A stretch of 64,000 nt of DNA from sequence record MW349128.1. The stretch is one strand, 5' to 3'. A model generated the notes under the pieces. That model was not told the origin of the DNA. It saw only the letters and a program-made list of their open reading frames with translations, and ran no database searches. Each line of letters begins with the position of its first letter. The stretch's first letter is position 1. The position numbers and the translations under genes are program-made. Positions 10,484 to 19,872 of this stretch are shown one piece after another.

Positions 10484-10595
10484 GGAGTTGAAAAAGATAC
10501 TGTTTTAAAGAGACCTAATGGACATGGATCAAGTTCATTAGGTCTATAATTTTCTATGATCCAACAAAAAACTAAAAAGAAAAGGATGATTTATT

Positions 10596-10766
10596 ATGTT
10601 AGACTTATTAAATGAAATTGAATTTATGGAAATTAACGAAGAGGAATTGCTAAACAATTATTCAGATGGAGCAAGATACCCATCTGAACAAACGTATAAA
10701 GAAATAGAATCTATACTAGATAGCTTTGATAATTCAGCTTTCGGATTAAGAAAATGGGGAGTTTAA
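10596..10766 (+). CDS. Small acidic hypothetical protein (56 aa)
   Basis: AAAGGA RBS. MLDLLNEIEFMEINEEELLNNYSDG... Confidence 0.55.
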   Translation: MLDLLNEIEFMEINEEELLNNYSDGARYPSEQTYKEIESILDSFDNSAFGLRKWGV

Positions 10767-10771
10767 TTAAA

Positions 10772-11077
10772 ATGGTCAGAGAAGAAAAAATCAAACAATT
10801 GAAACAAGAATTACAAGCAATATTAGAAAAAGAAATTAGATTCGGAGATAAACCAATTTCAAATAAACAATTTGAAAGGAAATTAGATTTAATGAAACAA
10901 ATAGAGAAATTAAAATTTGACATTAGATCAGAAAGATATTTAAGAAATGTCAAAAAGAATAAAATTAAGGAATATAAAGTTAACAGTGATTATGCGAAAG
11001 CTGGAAGATTACATCAATCTTTCCAAAGTAAAGAAGAGCATAATCTATGGAAAGACGATTTATTAGTAATTCAATAA
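10772..11077 (+). CDS. Hypothetical protein, paralogue of 9135..9443
   Basis: DYAKAGRLHQ versus EFSKAGRLHR. Confidence 0.7.
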   Translation: MVREEKIKQLKQELQAILEKEIRFGDKPISNKQFERKLDLMKQIEKLKFDIRSERYLRNVKKNKIKEYKVNSDYAKAGRLHQSFQSKEEHNLWKDDLLVIQ

Positions 11078-11097
11078 TATAAATGGAGGATTTTATT

Positions 11098-11340
11098 ATG
11101 AAAATTTTAAGATTAAGAACTGAATGGGCATTAGTTTTAGGTATGACATTAGGATCAACTATTGGTTTAATGTCAAATGATTTCTTTGTAGGAGCTACAA
11201 TTTCTATGTTAACACCATTAATTGCTATAGCAATTAATTATGCAATTGGAGATGAAAGAAAATCTAAAATACAAGAAAGTAAAAGTAATAAAGTATACTA
11301 TATTAGAATAAATAGTGAGAAAGGAGATGTATTTAGATAA
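11098..11340 (+). CDS. Small two-TM membrane protein, paralogue of 11340..11537
   Basis: LRLRTEW...INYAIGDERK versus LKLKPW...INYTVGEIRK. Confidence 0.7.
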   Translation: MKILRLRTEWALVLGMTLGSTIGLMSNDFFVGATISMLTPLIAIAINYAIGDERKSKIQESKSNKVYYIRINSEKGDVFR

Positions 11341-11537
11341 TGAATGAAGAAAAAAGATTATTGAAACTAAAGCCATGGATATTATTTTGGTTTACTTTTA
11401 TAATTGGTTTTATCATAGGAGAAATGATTGGATACGTAGAAGGAAAATCTTTAGCACTTGGATTAGTATTATCAGCTGTATCATTATTAATTAATTATAC
11501 AGTAGGAGAAATTAGGAAAGGAAATTTTTGGAAATAA
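11340..11537 (+). CDS. Small two-TM membrane protein
   Basis: Hydrophobic and translationally coupled (TAATG). Confidence 0.7.
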   Translation: MNEEKRLLKLKPWILFWFTFIIGFIIGEMIGYVEGKSLALGLVLSAVSLLINYTVGEIRKGNFWK

Positions 11538-11567
11538 TCAATTAAACTATAAGGAGGTGTATCGGAT

Positions 11568-11678
11568 ATGTTAATCGCAAACTTTATTACAATCATCGTG
11601 TTGCTTGTATTCATGAAAGCAACAGGATGTTTCAAATTTATGAAAGAAGTCTTCAATAATAACAATGAAGATAAATAG
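11568..11678 (+). CDS. Small hydrophobic peptide (36 aa)
   Basis: Perfect AAGGAGGTG RBS. MLIANFITIIVLLVFMKATGCFKF... Confidence 0.55.
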   Translation: MLIANFITIIVLLVFMKATGCFKFMKEVFNNNNEDK

Positions 11679-11743
11679 ATTTAAAAGAGTGGATTATTTT
11701 CTATGATCCACTCTACATATTAAAAATAAAGGTGGACGACAAA

Positions 11744-12013
11744 ATGACAGATACAATTAAAATTATTAAAACAAAAAGAGGATTCCAACCTCAAATAAAT
11801 GGAGTGACAGTTCTAGAGGTGGTAGCTAAAGACAAAGAGGGTCTGGATCTTGCTCTATCTCAAGATGTGTTTGACCTAACTGAAGCCATCGAGAGACAGT
11901 TTCACGATGAGGAGAACAACTTCGGTCTCCTGTTCCACATGGCAGGAGCAGACGGAAGAAAGCAGGAAGAAGTCTTTGAATTCTTTGAAGGCTTTGACGT
12001 TGACGTATTCTGA
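11744..12013 (+). CDS. Acidic hypothetical protein with anomalously high GC
   Basis: Hand count of 83 G+C in 180 nt (46 percent) over 11821..12000, against an AT-rich background. Confidence 0.65.
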   Translation: MTDTIKIIKTKRGFQPQINGVTVLEVVAKDKEGLDLALSQDVFDLTEAIERQFHDEENNFGLLFHMAGADGRKQEEVFEFFEGFDVDVF

Positions 12014-12090
12014 TCATTGTTAGGCTATCTATTAAGGTAGATAGCTTATAGAGTGATTAACTCACTATTAAAATTAAAGGAGAAATTATT

Positions 12091-12681
12091 ATGAAAAAAA
12101 TTTTAGGTGTATTAGGTGTAGTAGTATTATTAGCGGTATTAGGTGTAACAGTTTTATTTGGATACAGTCAATATAAGAATATAAAAAGTAATGATAAAGA
12201 ACTGAAGACAGAACAAAAACAAGAAGTTAAAGAAAAACCTAATAAAAATAACAACGAAGAAAATAACAAAGAAGTAAACAACGAAGAGAATCAATCTTTA
12301 GAAACAGAACAAAGTTCAGATTCAACAGAAGTTAATAGTAATGTTGAAAATACTCAAGAAGTTGATAACAGTGACCAACCAAAAGCAGATGATCCTCAAA
12401 GCATAAACGAAGAAATTATTAAGGCTGATAAGAATGGAGATGGAATTGCCACAACAGATGAAATGACACCAGAGCTAAATAGATTAGCCGAAGAAGGTAA
12501 ATTCCAACCAGTTTCACCTGAAATGGCGAATCCTGAACTTCATAAAAAATATGAATTGAGCGAAGAAGAAAAACATAGTGGTTCTGAAGAAGAAGATATG
12601 GATGCAGAATATGAAAAGCAAAAAGAGATGTATGAGAAAGCATCTAGAGGGGAAATTCCAGAACCAGGCGAAGGTATGTAA
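12091..12681 (+). CDS. Membrane-anchored Glu/Asn/Gln-rich protein 1 (tandem paralogue family)
   Basis: MKKILGVLG...LFGYSQYK anchor, low-complexity stalk, DKNGDG loop. Confidence 0.8.
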   Translation: MKKILGVLGVVVLLAVLGVTVLFGYSQYKNIKSNDKELKTEQKQEVKEKPNKNNNEENNKEVNNEENQSLETEQSSDSTEVNSNVENTQEVDNSDQPKADDPQSINEEIIKADKNGDGIATTDEMTPELNRLAEEGKFQPVSPEMANPELHKKYELSEEEKHSGSEEEDMDAEYEKQKEMYEKASRGEIPEPGEGM

Positions 12682-12728
12682 TTGATATAATTGAATAGAA
12701 TAAATAAAATATTAAAGGAGAATTTATT

Positions 12729-13184
12729 ATGAAAAAATTATTAGGTGTATTAGGTGTATTAGTATTATTATCAGTATTGGGAGTAACAGTATTATTTGGT
12801 TATTCAGTATATAAAGATCTAAATGAAACTCAAGAAGAGCAAAATAAAGTATCTCAAGAAAATAATCAAAAAGATTCTGAAGAAGATAAAAATCAAGAAA
12901 CGGTAAGTAACACACAAACAAATAACAATCAAGAACAAGCAGTTCAAGAAGAAACTCCAAGTCAAGAAGAAAATAATAATGTAGACACTAGTAATAAAGT
13001 TAATACAGATATCGGTACTATGAGCGATGAAGAATTAATGGAATACTATATGACTTACATGGATGAAAATGACAGAGCTATTACTGAAGGAAAAGTAGAA
13101 GCACAACGTGGTAATGAATATGTTGATAGCATCAGAGAAGAAGTAAACAATAACCCAGACATCATTAAAGAATGGGCAAAATAA
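12729..13184 (+). CDS. Membrane-anchored Glu/Asn/Gln-rich protein 2
   Basis: MKKLLGVLG...LFGYSVYK, nearly the same N-terminus as 12091. Confidence 0.8.
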   Translation: MKKLLGVLGVLVLLSVLGVTVLFGYSVYKDLNETQEEQNKVSQENNQKDSEEDKNQETVSNTQTNNNQEQAVQEETPSQEENNNVDTSNKVNTDIGTMSDEELMEYYMTYMDENDRAITEGKVEAQRGNEYVDSIREEVNNNPDIIKEWAK

Positions 13185-13210
13185 AAATAAATTAAAAGGG
13201 GAAATTAAAA

Positions 13211-13651
13211 ATGAAAAAACTATTAATAGGTTTAAGTGCAATTTTAGTATTGGCAGTATTATTCGTAGGAGCTTTATTTGCATACACAAGTTATAAGGAT
13301 TTACAATTAGAAAAACAAAAATTACAAACTGAACAAAAAGAAGTTAAAAAGGAAAAAGAGAATAAGAAAGAAAAAGAACAACAGCAAAATACAGAATCTC
13401 AACAACAGGCTACAAATGAAAATGATCAACAAACTACAAATAACAATGTAGCAGAAAATGATAATGTAAACACTAGCAATGAAGTTCAACAAAATGAAAC
13501 ATCAACAGAAGAACCAGTATATTCAGCGAATGGTCGTGAAGAAGAGTTAGCTGCAGAAGGTGAAGTTAAATCACCAGGTGAACCAGGAAGTACTTCAAGA
13601 GAAATCACTCCAGAAACAGATCCAGAATTATTTGAACTTGAAGAAGAATAA
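13211..13651 (+). CDS. Membrane-anchored Glu/Asn/Gln-rich protein 3
   Basis: MKKLLIGL...LFAYTSYKDL, with a TEQK.EVK segment shared with 12091. Confidence 0.8.
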   Translation: MKKLLIGLSAILVLAVLFVGALFAYTSYKDLQLEKQKLQTEQKEVKKEKENKKEKEQQQNTESQQQATNENDQQTTNNNVAENDNVNTSNEVQQNETSTEEPVYSANGREEELAAEGEVKSPGEPGSTSREITPETDPELFELEEE

Positions 13652-13678
13652 TAATATAAATTATAAGGAGAAATCATA

Positions 13679-13921
13679 ATGATTAAAACGTTAACTAGAA
13701 AAGAAGAAACATTTAATAGATTTATTTCAAATTTAGGACTAACTAATGTGTATGATAGTTTCATTATACATGTACCATCAGGACCTAAATTTATTAAATT
13801 AAATGAATTTGATGAAATTGAAGTGTATAAAAATCATCATAGTGAATTAATCAAAGTAGTTATTATGGATGAATACAATGATGATCTAGATTTATTTCTC
13901 AAAATAACAAGAGGTATTTGA
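13679..13921 (+). CDS. Hypothetical protein
   Basis: 80-aa ORF with AAGGAG RBS. Confidence 0.65.
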   Translation: MIKTLTRKEETFNRFISNLGLTNVYDSFIIHVPSGPKFIKLNEFDEIEVYKNHHSELIKVVIMDEYNDDLDLFLKITRGI

Positions 13922-13927
13922 ATTATT

Positions 13928-13959
13928 AGATCATGGATCTTTTTATAGATCCATGATCT
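13928..13959 (+). terminator. Probable intrinsic terminator
   Basis: Perfect 13-bp stem agatcatggatct/agatccatgatct. Confidence 0.7.
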
Positions 13960-13987
13960 TCATTAATTATTTTTTTACAAGAAAGAA

Positions 13988-14659
13988 GTGTATAAAGTGG
14001 AAGAAATTATAATAACAATTTTAACTGTAATAATGGTATATATTACTTATTTTTCTTTATTTAAAATTCTTGTAACAGCGTATAAAGAAAAATTAGATAA
14101 GAAATTTTTACCAACTGTATTAACATTATCAGGTTTAGTATTTCCAATAGTTTCACTTATATTTAATCATGAAGTAGCTAAATCATATATTGTATATTAT
14201 TTCTTTATAATACTTATGATAAATATAATTATAAGAAAAATTTTAAAAGGTTATGACGTAATTATTTATACAATAATATTTTATTCTTTATATATGGTGA
14301 ATGTAAACTATGAGATAACTGATACTACTTATATGGGTATATTCATTATAATTATAATGAGTCTAATACCTATGATAAGATATACATTATTTCAATATGA
14401 ATTAATAAAAGAAAGTGATGGAAATTTAAGTTTTGAAAACAAGAAATATGTATTTAGTAATTTAGAAATGAAAGATAAAGATGGAAATATAATTAAATTT
14501 GAAGAACTTATAAAAAATTTTAAAGACAATAAGGACTTAGAAAAGTATTTAGATAGTATAATATTTAAAGTATATGAAGAAAGAATAAATAAAAAATTAT
14601 TCTATTTTCATATTATAATGGGATTATTAACTATATACTTTCTATTATCTCAAATTTAA
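13988..14659 (+). CDS. Polytopic membrane protein
   Basis: Several hydrophobic segments; GTG start. Confidence 0.65.
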   Translation: MYKVEEIIITILTVIMVYITYFSLFKILVTAYKEKLDKKFLPTVLTLSGLVFPIVSLIFNHEVAKSYIVYYFFIILMINIIIRKILKGYDVIIYTIIFYSLYMVNVNYEITDTTYMGIFIIIIMSLIPMIRYTLFQYELIKESDGNLSFENKKYVFSNLEMKDKDGNIIKFEELIKNFKDNKDLEKYLDSIIFKVYEERINKKLFYFHIIMGLLTIYFLLSQI

Positions 14660-14716
14660 ATATATATTATAAAAATGAGTAATATTAATTAATATTACTC
14701 AAAAATAAAATAAAAG

Positions 14717-15241
14717 GTGGAAATAAAAATGAAATATTATTTAATTGGTAAATTTACTAGTAACAGAGAATTTAAAGGAAGAGAATATATTTATAAAGTG
14801 CCAGAAAAATTAGTAACTCCAGAACTTATAGAAAATATTGGATCTTTTGATAGAGATTATGCTTTAGTAACTACTGCAAATTATAGCACAGCTACAACAT
14901 TAGAAGATTTTGCGGTTAGCGTTAAACCAATTAGAGTTGAATCTATTATGACAGAAGATGAATTCATTAGATCAGAATATGTAAAAGATTTAAATGATTT
15001 AGAATATAGAACTGATGAAGAAGATGAAGTTCATGAATATAAAGAAATTATAAGTTTTATTGGTAGAGATATTTTTGAACATTTTAAAAATCTAGATAAG
15101 AAGAAAGAAAAAGAAAAATTAGAAAAGTTAATGAAATTAAGAATGCAGAAATTAGAATCTGAAAAAGATATTGAAGACAAAATTTCTAAATATGAAGATA
15201 AAGAATTATCTGAATTGTATAATAAATACAAAGAACTATAA
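14717..15241 (+). CDS. Hypothetical protein
   Basis: 174-aa ORF after an early promoter; C-terminal coiled coil. Confidence 0.7.
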   Translation: MEIKMKYYLIGKFTSNREFKGREYIYKVPEKLVTPELIENIGSFDRDYALVTTANYSTATTLEDFAVSVKPIRVESIMTEDEFIRSEYVKDLNDLEYRTDEEDEVHEYKEIISFIGRDIFEHFKNLDKKKEKEKLEKLMKLRMQKLESEKDIEDKISKYEDKELSELYNKYKEL

Positions 15242-15243
15242 TA

Positions 15244-15465
15244 ATGAATCCCAATGAGATAAATATTCTCATTGGGATTATTTTAATTAAATTAATAGGA
15301 GTTGAATTGGATATGTTTGAGACGATATTTTTATTTTCTTTATTATTAATTGCTTTTATAATAGGTTTTATTGGAATGAAAAAAGAATTAATGACAATGG
15401 TATTATTAGCTATGATAATTGCAATTGGAGAAGTCATATTAACAATAACATTTTTATCAATATAA
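15244..15465 (+). CDS. Small membrane protein
   Basis: Very hydrophobic 73 aa in the operon direction. Confidence 0.55.
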   Translation: MNPNEINILIGIILIKLIGVELDMFETIFLFSLLLIAFIIGFIGMKKELMTMVLLAMIIAIGEVILTITFLSI

Positions 15466-15487
15466 TAAATAGGGAGCTGAAACGGAT

Positions 15488-15985
15488 ATGTTAAAAAATA
15501 AAAATATTGAAATTAATCAAGATATTATTAATAATGAATTACTAAAAACAAAATACTTAGAAATGGAGATTACAAAAATGTTTAAAAATGACTTATTATT
15601 AAATTTAAGATATCTAAAAGATAATCTATTATCATCATGGTTATTTGATATGAGTGTAGCACATTTTACTAATTTAGAGGTTTTCTATGATCCTGACTAT
15701 AAAATTAAAATGACTTTTATAGTAGATGATAAAAATATCGAATATACTTTAAATGAATCAGTTCAAGAAATGATTTATAATTTCATGATTAAAAAATCAG
15801 ATGATGAAAGAGCATGTGAGATTATTAAATCTATTATTGAATTTGAATATTTTAAAAAGATGAATAAAAAGGGTCATGATATTGATATGGAGTATGCTAA
15901 TTTACTTATGGATAAAGTTAAAGAATTACAAGATAAATACAATATTAGTAATAAACAAGCTAAGAAATTATATATTGCTTATTAA
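15488..15985 (+). CDS. Hypothetical protein
   Basis: 165-aa ORF with RBS. Confidence 0.7.
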   Translation: MLKNKNIEINQDIINNELLKTKYLEMEITKMFKNDLLLNLRYLKDNLLSSWLFDMSVAHFTNLEVFYDPDYKIKMTFIVDDKNIEYTLNESVQEMIYNFMIKKSDDERACEIIKSIIEFEYFKKMNKKGHDIDMEYANLLMDKVKELQDKYNISNKQAKKLYIAY

Positions 15986-15996
15986 AGGAGATAGTT

Positions 15997-16191
15997 ATGG
16001 CTGGAAGAAACTATAAATTAACACCTAAAGAACGTAAAGAAGTAATGCAATATATAATTCATAATAATTGGAAAACATTAGATCAATTTGCTGAAAGATT
16101 TAATGTTAGTAGACAGTGTATTACTGATATTATTGATTATTATGAAAATATGTACGGAAGAACATTTTATAGAAGGAAGAAAGAGAAGTGA
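15997..16191 (+). CDS. Small helix-turn-helix DNA-binding protein
   Basis: KLTPKERKEV...TLDQFAERFNVSRQCITDII is an HTH pattern. Confidence 0.7.
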   Translation: MAGRNYKLTPKERKEVMQYIIHNNWKTLDQFAERFNVSRQCITDIIDYYENMYGRTFYRRKKEK

Positions 16192-16197
16192 TAAATT

Positions 16198-16821
16198 ATG
16201 AAAAATAAAGTAAATATATTTGACTGGTATCTTTATAAAACAGGTTATGATGCAATGATACCTTTTATAATTAAAATGATAATGATGCTTGGATCAGTAT
16301 TATTATTCTTTTCATTACTAGGAGTTAGCTCTAAATTAGCATTACTATCTTTATTTGTATTAGTTCCAATAATAATTTCTTCTATAATTATAGGTGAAAA
16401 ATATTTTAATTCAAGAATAATGGAAGAGTATCAACATTTAAATAAATCATATAAGTATAAAGGAAAATATTATTCTGCATGGTATATAATATTAAATAGT
16501 AAAGATCCATACTTCAAAGAGTTAATGGATATTATGAGAAATGACGGCACTCTTAGTGAAGACCGTAATATACTTTATAATCTAGACGGACTATATATGC
16601 CTCCATTTAAAAAAGGAGTTATAGAAAGTCATGAAAGGAAATATAAAAATCACTGGAAAAATAATATTGAAACTAATCGTCTTTTAACGTATATTGAATT
16701 CTTAAGATATAAAAAGAATAAACTTAAGATAGAAAAATCAAATGAGATGGTTAAAGAAATAAAAGAATTTCAAGATTACTATAATTTAAACACTAAAGGA
16801 GAAAATAAAAATGAATACTAA
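16198..16821 (+). CDS. Membrane-associated hypothetical protein
   Basis: Two N-terminal hydrophobic segments. Confidence 0.65.
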   Translation: MKNKVNIFDWYLYKTGYDAMIPFIIKMIMMLGSVLLFFSLLGVSSKLALLSLFVLVPIIISSIIIGEKYFNSRIMEEYQHLNKSYKYKGKYYSAWYIILNSKDPYFKELMDIMRNDGTLSEDRNILYNLDGLYMPPFKKGVIESHERKYKNHWKNNIETNRLLTYIEFLRYKKNKLKIEKSNEMVKEIKEFQDYYNLNTKGENKNEY

Positions 16822-17275
16822 AATTATCGCAGCATTTCCAGGTACAGGTAAATCTTATATTAAAAACAATATCACATTCTTAAAAACATCTGATTCGGAT
16901 TCAACTAGCTTTTCATGGTTAGTAAAAGATGGGGAAAAGATTAGAGATCCTAGATTTCCAAAGAATTATATTCGTTATATTAAAGACCTTTATTATAAGA
17001 ATGTAATGGATTACATTTTTGTATCTACACACAAAGAGGTTATCCAAGAATTGATTGATAATAATTTAGAATTTGTTGTAGCTTATCCTAAACGTTCAGA
17101 TAAAGAAATTTATCTAAATAGATATAAAGAAAGAGGTTCAGATAGTAAATTCATTGAACTTCTTGATAATATGTTTGATAGTTTTATAGATGATATAGAG
17201 AATAAAGTTCCTGAAGAAAACAGAATTGAACTCAATCATAATGAATATCTAGCTAATGTATTAGATAAAATTTAA
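16811..17275 (+). CDS. Small P-loop NTPase (nucleoside/nucleotide kinase-like)
   Basis: Walker A AAFPGTGKS at the N-terminus. Confidence 0.7.
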   Translation: MNTKIIAAFPGTGKSYIKNNITFLKTSDSDSTSFSWLVKDGEKIRDPRFPKNYIRYIKDLYYKNVMDYIFVSTHKEVIQELIDNNLEFVVAYPKRSDKEIYLNRYKERGSDSKFIELLDNMFDSFIDDIENKVPEENRIELNHNEYLANVLDKI

Positions 17276-17291
17276 ATAAGGAGATATTAAT

Positions 17292-17744
17292 ATGAAATAC
17301 TTTAAAACAATTTTGAGAGGAAAAGAATGTTATTTTCAAGGTAAAAGTAAAGAAACGGTCTTTGATGAATTAATAAAAAGTGAAATATTTAAGGTGAATA
17401 GTTTTGTATTAACACTAACCAGCGAAATATCTTTTGATACCGAGACTTTATCCGAAGATATTATATTTTTCTTTTATGGTGAAGAAGATGATGGTTTAAT
17501 AGTTAAAGATGTTAATAATTTAATTATAAGTAAATTAAAAGATGAATTTGAATATGAACAATATTATGATGATACGATACTTATTCCAGAAGATGAAGAA
17601 GGATTAATAAAAATAATAGACAATGTACTATTAATTATTAAAAATAATCTAAGTGAAGGATATTGTAATTCAATGGATTTTAATTTAAGAGATATAACAG
17701 AGAAAGAGTATAAAAATAATTTAATAAAGGACAATTTTAGATAA
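17292..17744 (+). CDS. Hypothetical protein with shared C-terminal EYK...K..F motif
   Basis: Ends ITEKEYKNNLIKDNFR. Confidence 0.7.
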   Translation: MKYFKTILRGKECYFQGKSKETVFDELIKSEIFKVNSFVLTLTSEISFDTETLSEDIIFFFYGEEDDGLIVKDVNNLIISKLKDEFEYEQYYDDTILIPEDEEGLIKIIDNVLLIIKNNLSEGYCNSMDFNLRDITEKEYKNNLIKDNFR

Positions 17745-18214
17745 TGAAGAATAAAAAGAATATAGATAAATTAATAAATAATAACTTAAAATTACCAGTT
17801 GAAGTTACACAAAATTATATCAATAATTTCATATATAAATCATTAGATACAATTAATAAAGAAACTGAAGTTAAACCAAATAGAACTTATATTATTAATG
17901 AAAAACATAATCTATTTCATAAAGCAGAAAATTTTATTGATTGTATATTAGAAATGTTGGATGTTGAAGTGGGAACTTTAATAGACAATGAAGATTTAAA
18001 ATTAGTAAGGAATATTAAAAAGGATGATATAGGTAGAGATATTGAAATATATACAACTATAGAAACCTTAACATACAATAATTCAATTACAATGTTGTTA
18101 GTAAAAAGTATTAATAATAAAAATAAATCTGTAGTTGGAGATTTAATATTTGATATTAATATAGGTAATAAATTAGGTAAGGATAATTATAATAAAAATA
18201 TCTATTTAAATTAA
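17744..18214 (+). CDS. Hypothetical protein
   Basis: 156 aa, translationally coupled. Confidence 0.65.
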   Translation: MKNKKNIDKLINNNLKLPVEVTQNYINNFIYKSLDTINKETEVKPNRTYIINEKHNLFHKAENFIDCILEMLDVEVGTLIDNEDLKLVRNIKKDDIGRDIEIYTTIETLTYNNSITMLLVKSINNKNKSVVGDLIFDINIGNKLGKDNYNKNIYLN

Positions 18215-18286
18215 TTATAAGTATATATTATATAAATGAAGTTGATAAACTTCATATCAATTAAAACAATAGGAGTGAAATAGATA

Positions 18287-18619
18287 ATGTTAAAAGATAG
18301 TAAAAAAGTTATAGATAGAATTTATGATAAAATTGTAGGAGACTTAATTGTTATATCTAATTGCAGACATTTGATGGAAGAAAGTTTCTTCTATAATATA
18401 GAAGATTCTAGAGAAAAAGATCTTGATAATTTAGCAGATTCTCTAACAGTAGTATCTTCAGATATATTTACATTAAAAGAAATATTAGAAATTGATGAAG
18501 AAACTATTAATGTAGAATTATTAGAAGAATATGGTTTAAATTATAAAATGATAGAGAACTTTCACCTTAAATTAGAATTAGGAAGTTATCATATGAAAGA
18601 ATTAAATAGTTTTGTATAA
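18287..18619 (+). CDS. Hypothetical protein
   Basis: 110 aa after an early promoter, AGGAG RBS. Confidence 0.7.
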   Translation: MLKDSKKVIDRIYDKIVGDLIVISNCRHLMEESFFYNIEDSREKDLDNLADSLTVVSSDIFTLKEILEIDEETINVELLEEYGLNYKMIENFHLKLELGSYHMKELNSFV

Positions 18620-18645
18620 ATAATATATTAAAGGAGATTAAATAT

Positions 18646-19131
18646 ATGAAGTATTTGGAGAATAAAAATAAGGAGGTCTTTCCAGTCACAGAAGAAGGAA
18701 TTGAAGATTTATTATTCTTTCTTCTAGACTACTCACAGAAGAATAACTTTAATACAATGCCTATAGTGAAAGAGATTAATGACCATGTGATGTTAGGGGA
18801 AGATATTAGAAAGAAATTTATTAATTCTAAAACAAATGAAAGTATCTTAGAATTAGGTAATGTAAAAGGAAGTTTAACAAATGAATTAGCTAGAAGTGGT
18901 TATATAACTAATTTTTCCGGTAATAAAAGATCTATTTCAATATATGTAAAAAACAATAATTTTAAATTTATTAGAATTTCAGATCATGCAATTAATAAAA
19001 AAGTAAACAATAAAGGAATCATTACAAATAGGTTTGACGGACAATTAGTATGTAAAAATAATTTAGTTAAATCTTCTGATTTGAAAAAGCATGGAATTGA
19101 TATTAGTGAAGGAATATACTATTTAGAATAG
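18646..19131 (+). CDS. Hypothetical protein with IRISDH motif
   Basis: 161 aa, AAGGAG RBS. Confidence 0.65.
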   Translation: MKYLENKNKEVFPVTEEGIEDLLFFLLDYSQKNNFNTMPIVKEINDHVMLGEDIRKKFINSKTNESILELGNVKGSLTNELARSGYITNFSGNKRSISIYVKNNNFKFIRISDHAINKKVNNKGIITNRFDGQLVCKNNLVKSSDLKKHGIDISEGIYYLE

Positions 19132-19148
19132 AATGGAGAAAATAAATT

Positions 19149-19454
19149 ATGAAAAAGATTTTAATGTTATTTGGAGTTATAGTATTAACAACAGTACTGG
19201 CAGGTTGTACATGGTTTGACGATGCTGCTAAAGATCATAAATCAGATACATCAGGTCTAGAAAGAAAAGTAACTATATATAGTAAAGATGGTAAAGTATT
19301 ACATCAATATGAAGGAAAGAAAATCAGAACTAAATATAGTGATGAAGCAGGTGGTAGTTACATTGTTATTAATGTAGATGGTAAACGTTTGCAAGTATTA
19401 AATGCAGATGTAGTTATTGAAGAAAAAGGTATTGAGAAATTTGAAACGAAATAA
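19149..19454 (+). CDS. Lipoprotein
   Basis: Signal peptide with lipobox VLAG-C. Confidence 0.8.
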   Translation: MKKILMLFGVIVLTTVLAGCTWFDDAAKDHKSDTSGLERKVTIYSKDGKVLHQYEGKKIRTKYSDEAGGSYIVINVDGKRLQVLNADVVIEEKGIEKFETK

Positions 19455-19534
19455 AGATTAAATATATATTATAATAATGAAGAAAGATAGAATATTAATA
19501 TCTTTCTAATATAAAATTAATGGAGGAATTTGTT

Positions 19535-19834
19535 ATGGCAAAATTAAATGAAGAAGTACTAAGAGATTTACAACTTAAAGGTGAAGTAGATGGAGAATAT
19601 GAAGTACTAGAAAGTAATGAATTAGGTGTTGATGAAGGTTATGGAACTGAATCAGGTTTAATTGAAGAATTAGGATTAGATTCAGATTCAAGTATCTTCT
19701 CTTATACAGTAGTTAATATTAATGATGAAAATGACATGTATACTTTAGAATATTCTCATGAAGATGTGTTATTAACTATTCATGATTATGATGAAGAATT
19801 TGTACCTGAAACTATCTATAAAAATGTAATTTAA
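19535..19834 (+). CDS. Acidic hypothetical protein
   Basis: GGAGG RBS before ATG 19535, after an early promoter. Confidence 0.7.
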   Translation: MAKLNEEVLRDLQLKGEVDGEYEVLESNELGVDEGYGTESGLIEELGLDSDSSIFSYTVVNINDENDMYTLEYSHEDVLLTIHDYDEEFVPETIYKNVI

Positions 19835-19842
19835 TAAAATAT

Positions 19843-19872
19843 GAGATGATACTTTAATTAAAGTATCATCTC
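19843..19872 (+). terminator. Probable intrinsic terminator
   Basis: Stem gagatgatacttt/aaagtatcatctc. Confidence 0.65.

Noticed and set aside
8088-11710. CRISPR array or type III toxin-antitoxin (ToxI-like) repeats
   Set aside because: The repeats are 1-1.5 kb apart and separated by genes, not regularly spaced. No cas- or toxN-like ORF is recognisable.
18646-19131. Assigning the IRISDH protein to a polyvalent-protein or nuclease domain family
   Set aside because: A six-residue motif is not enough without a profile search.
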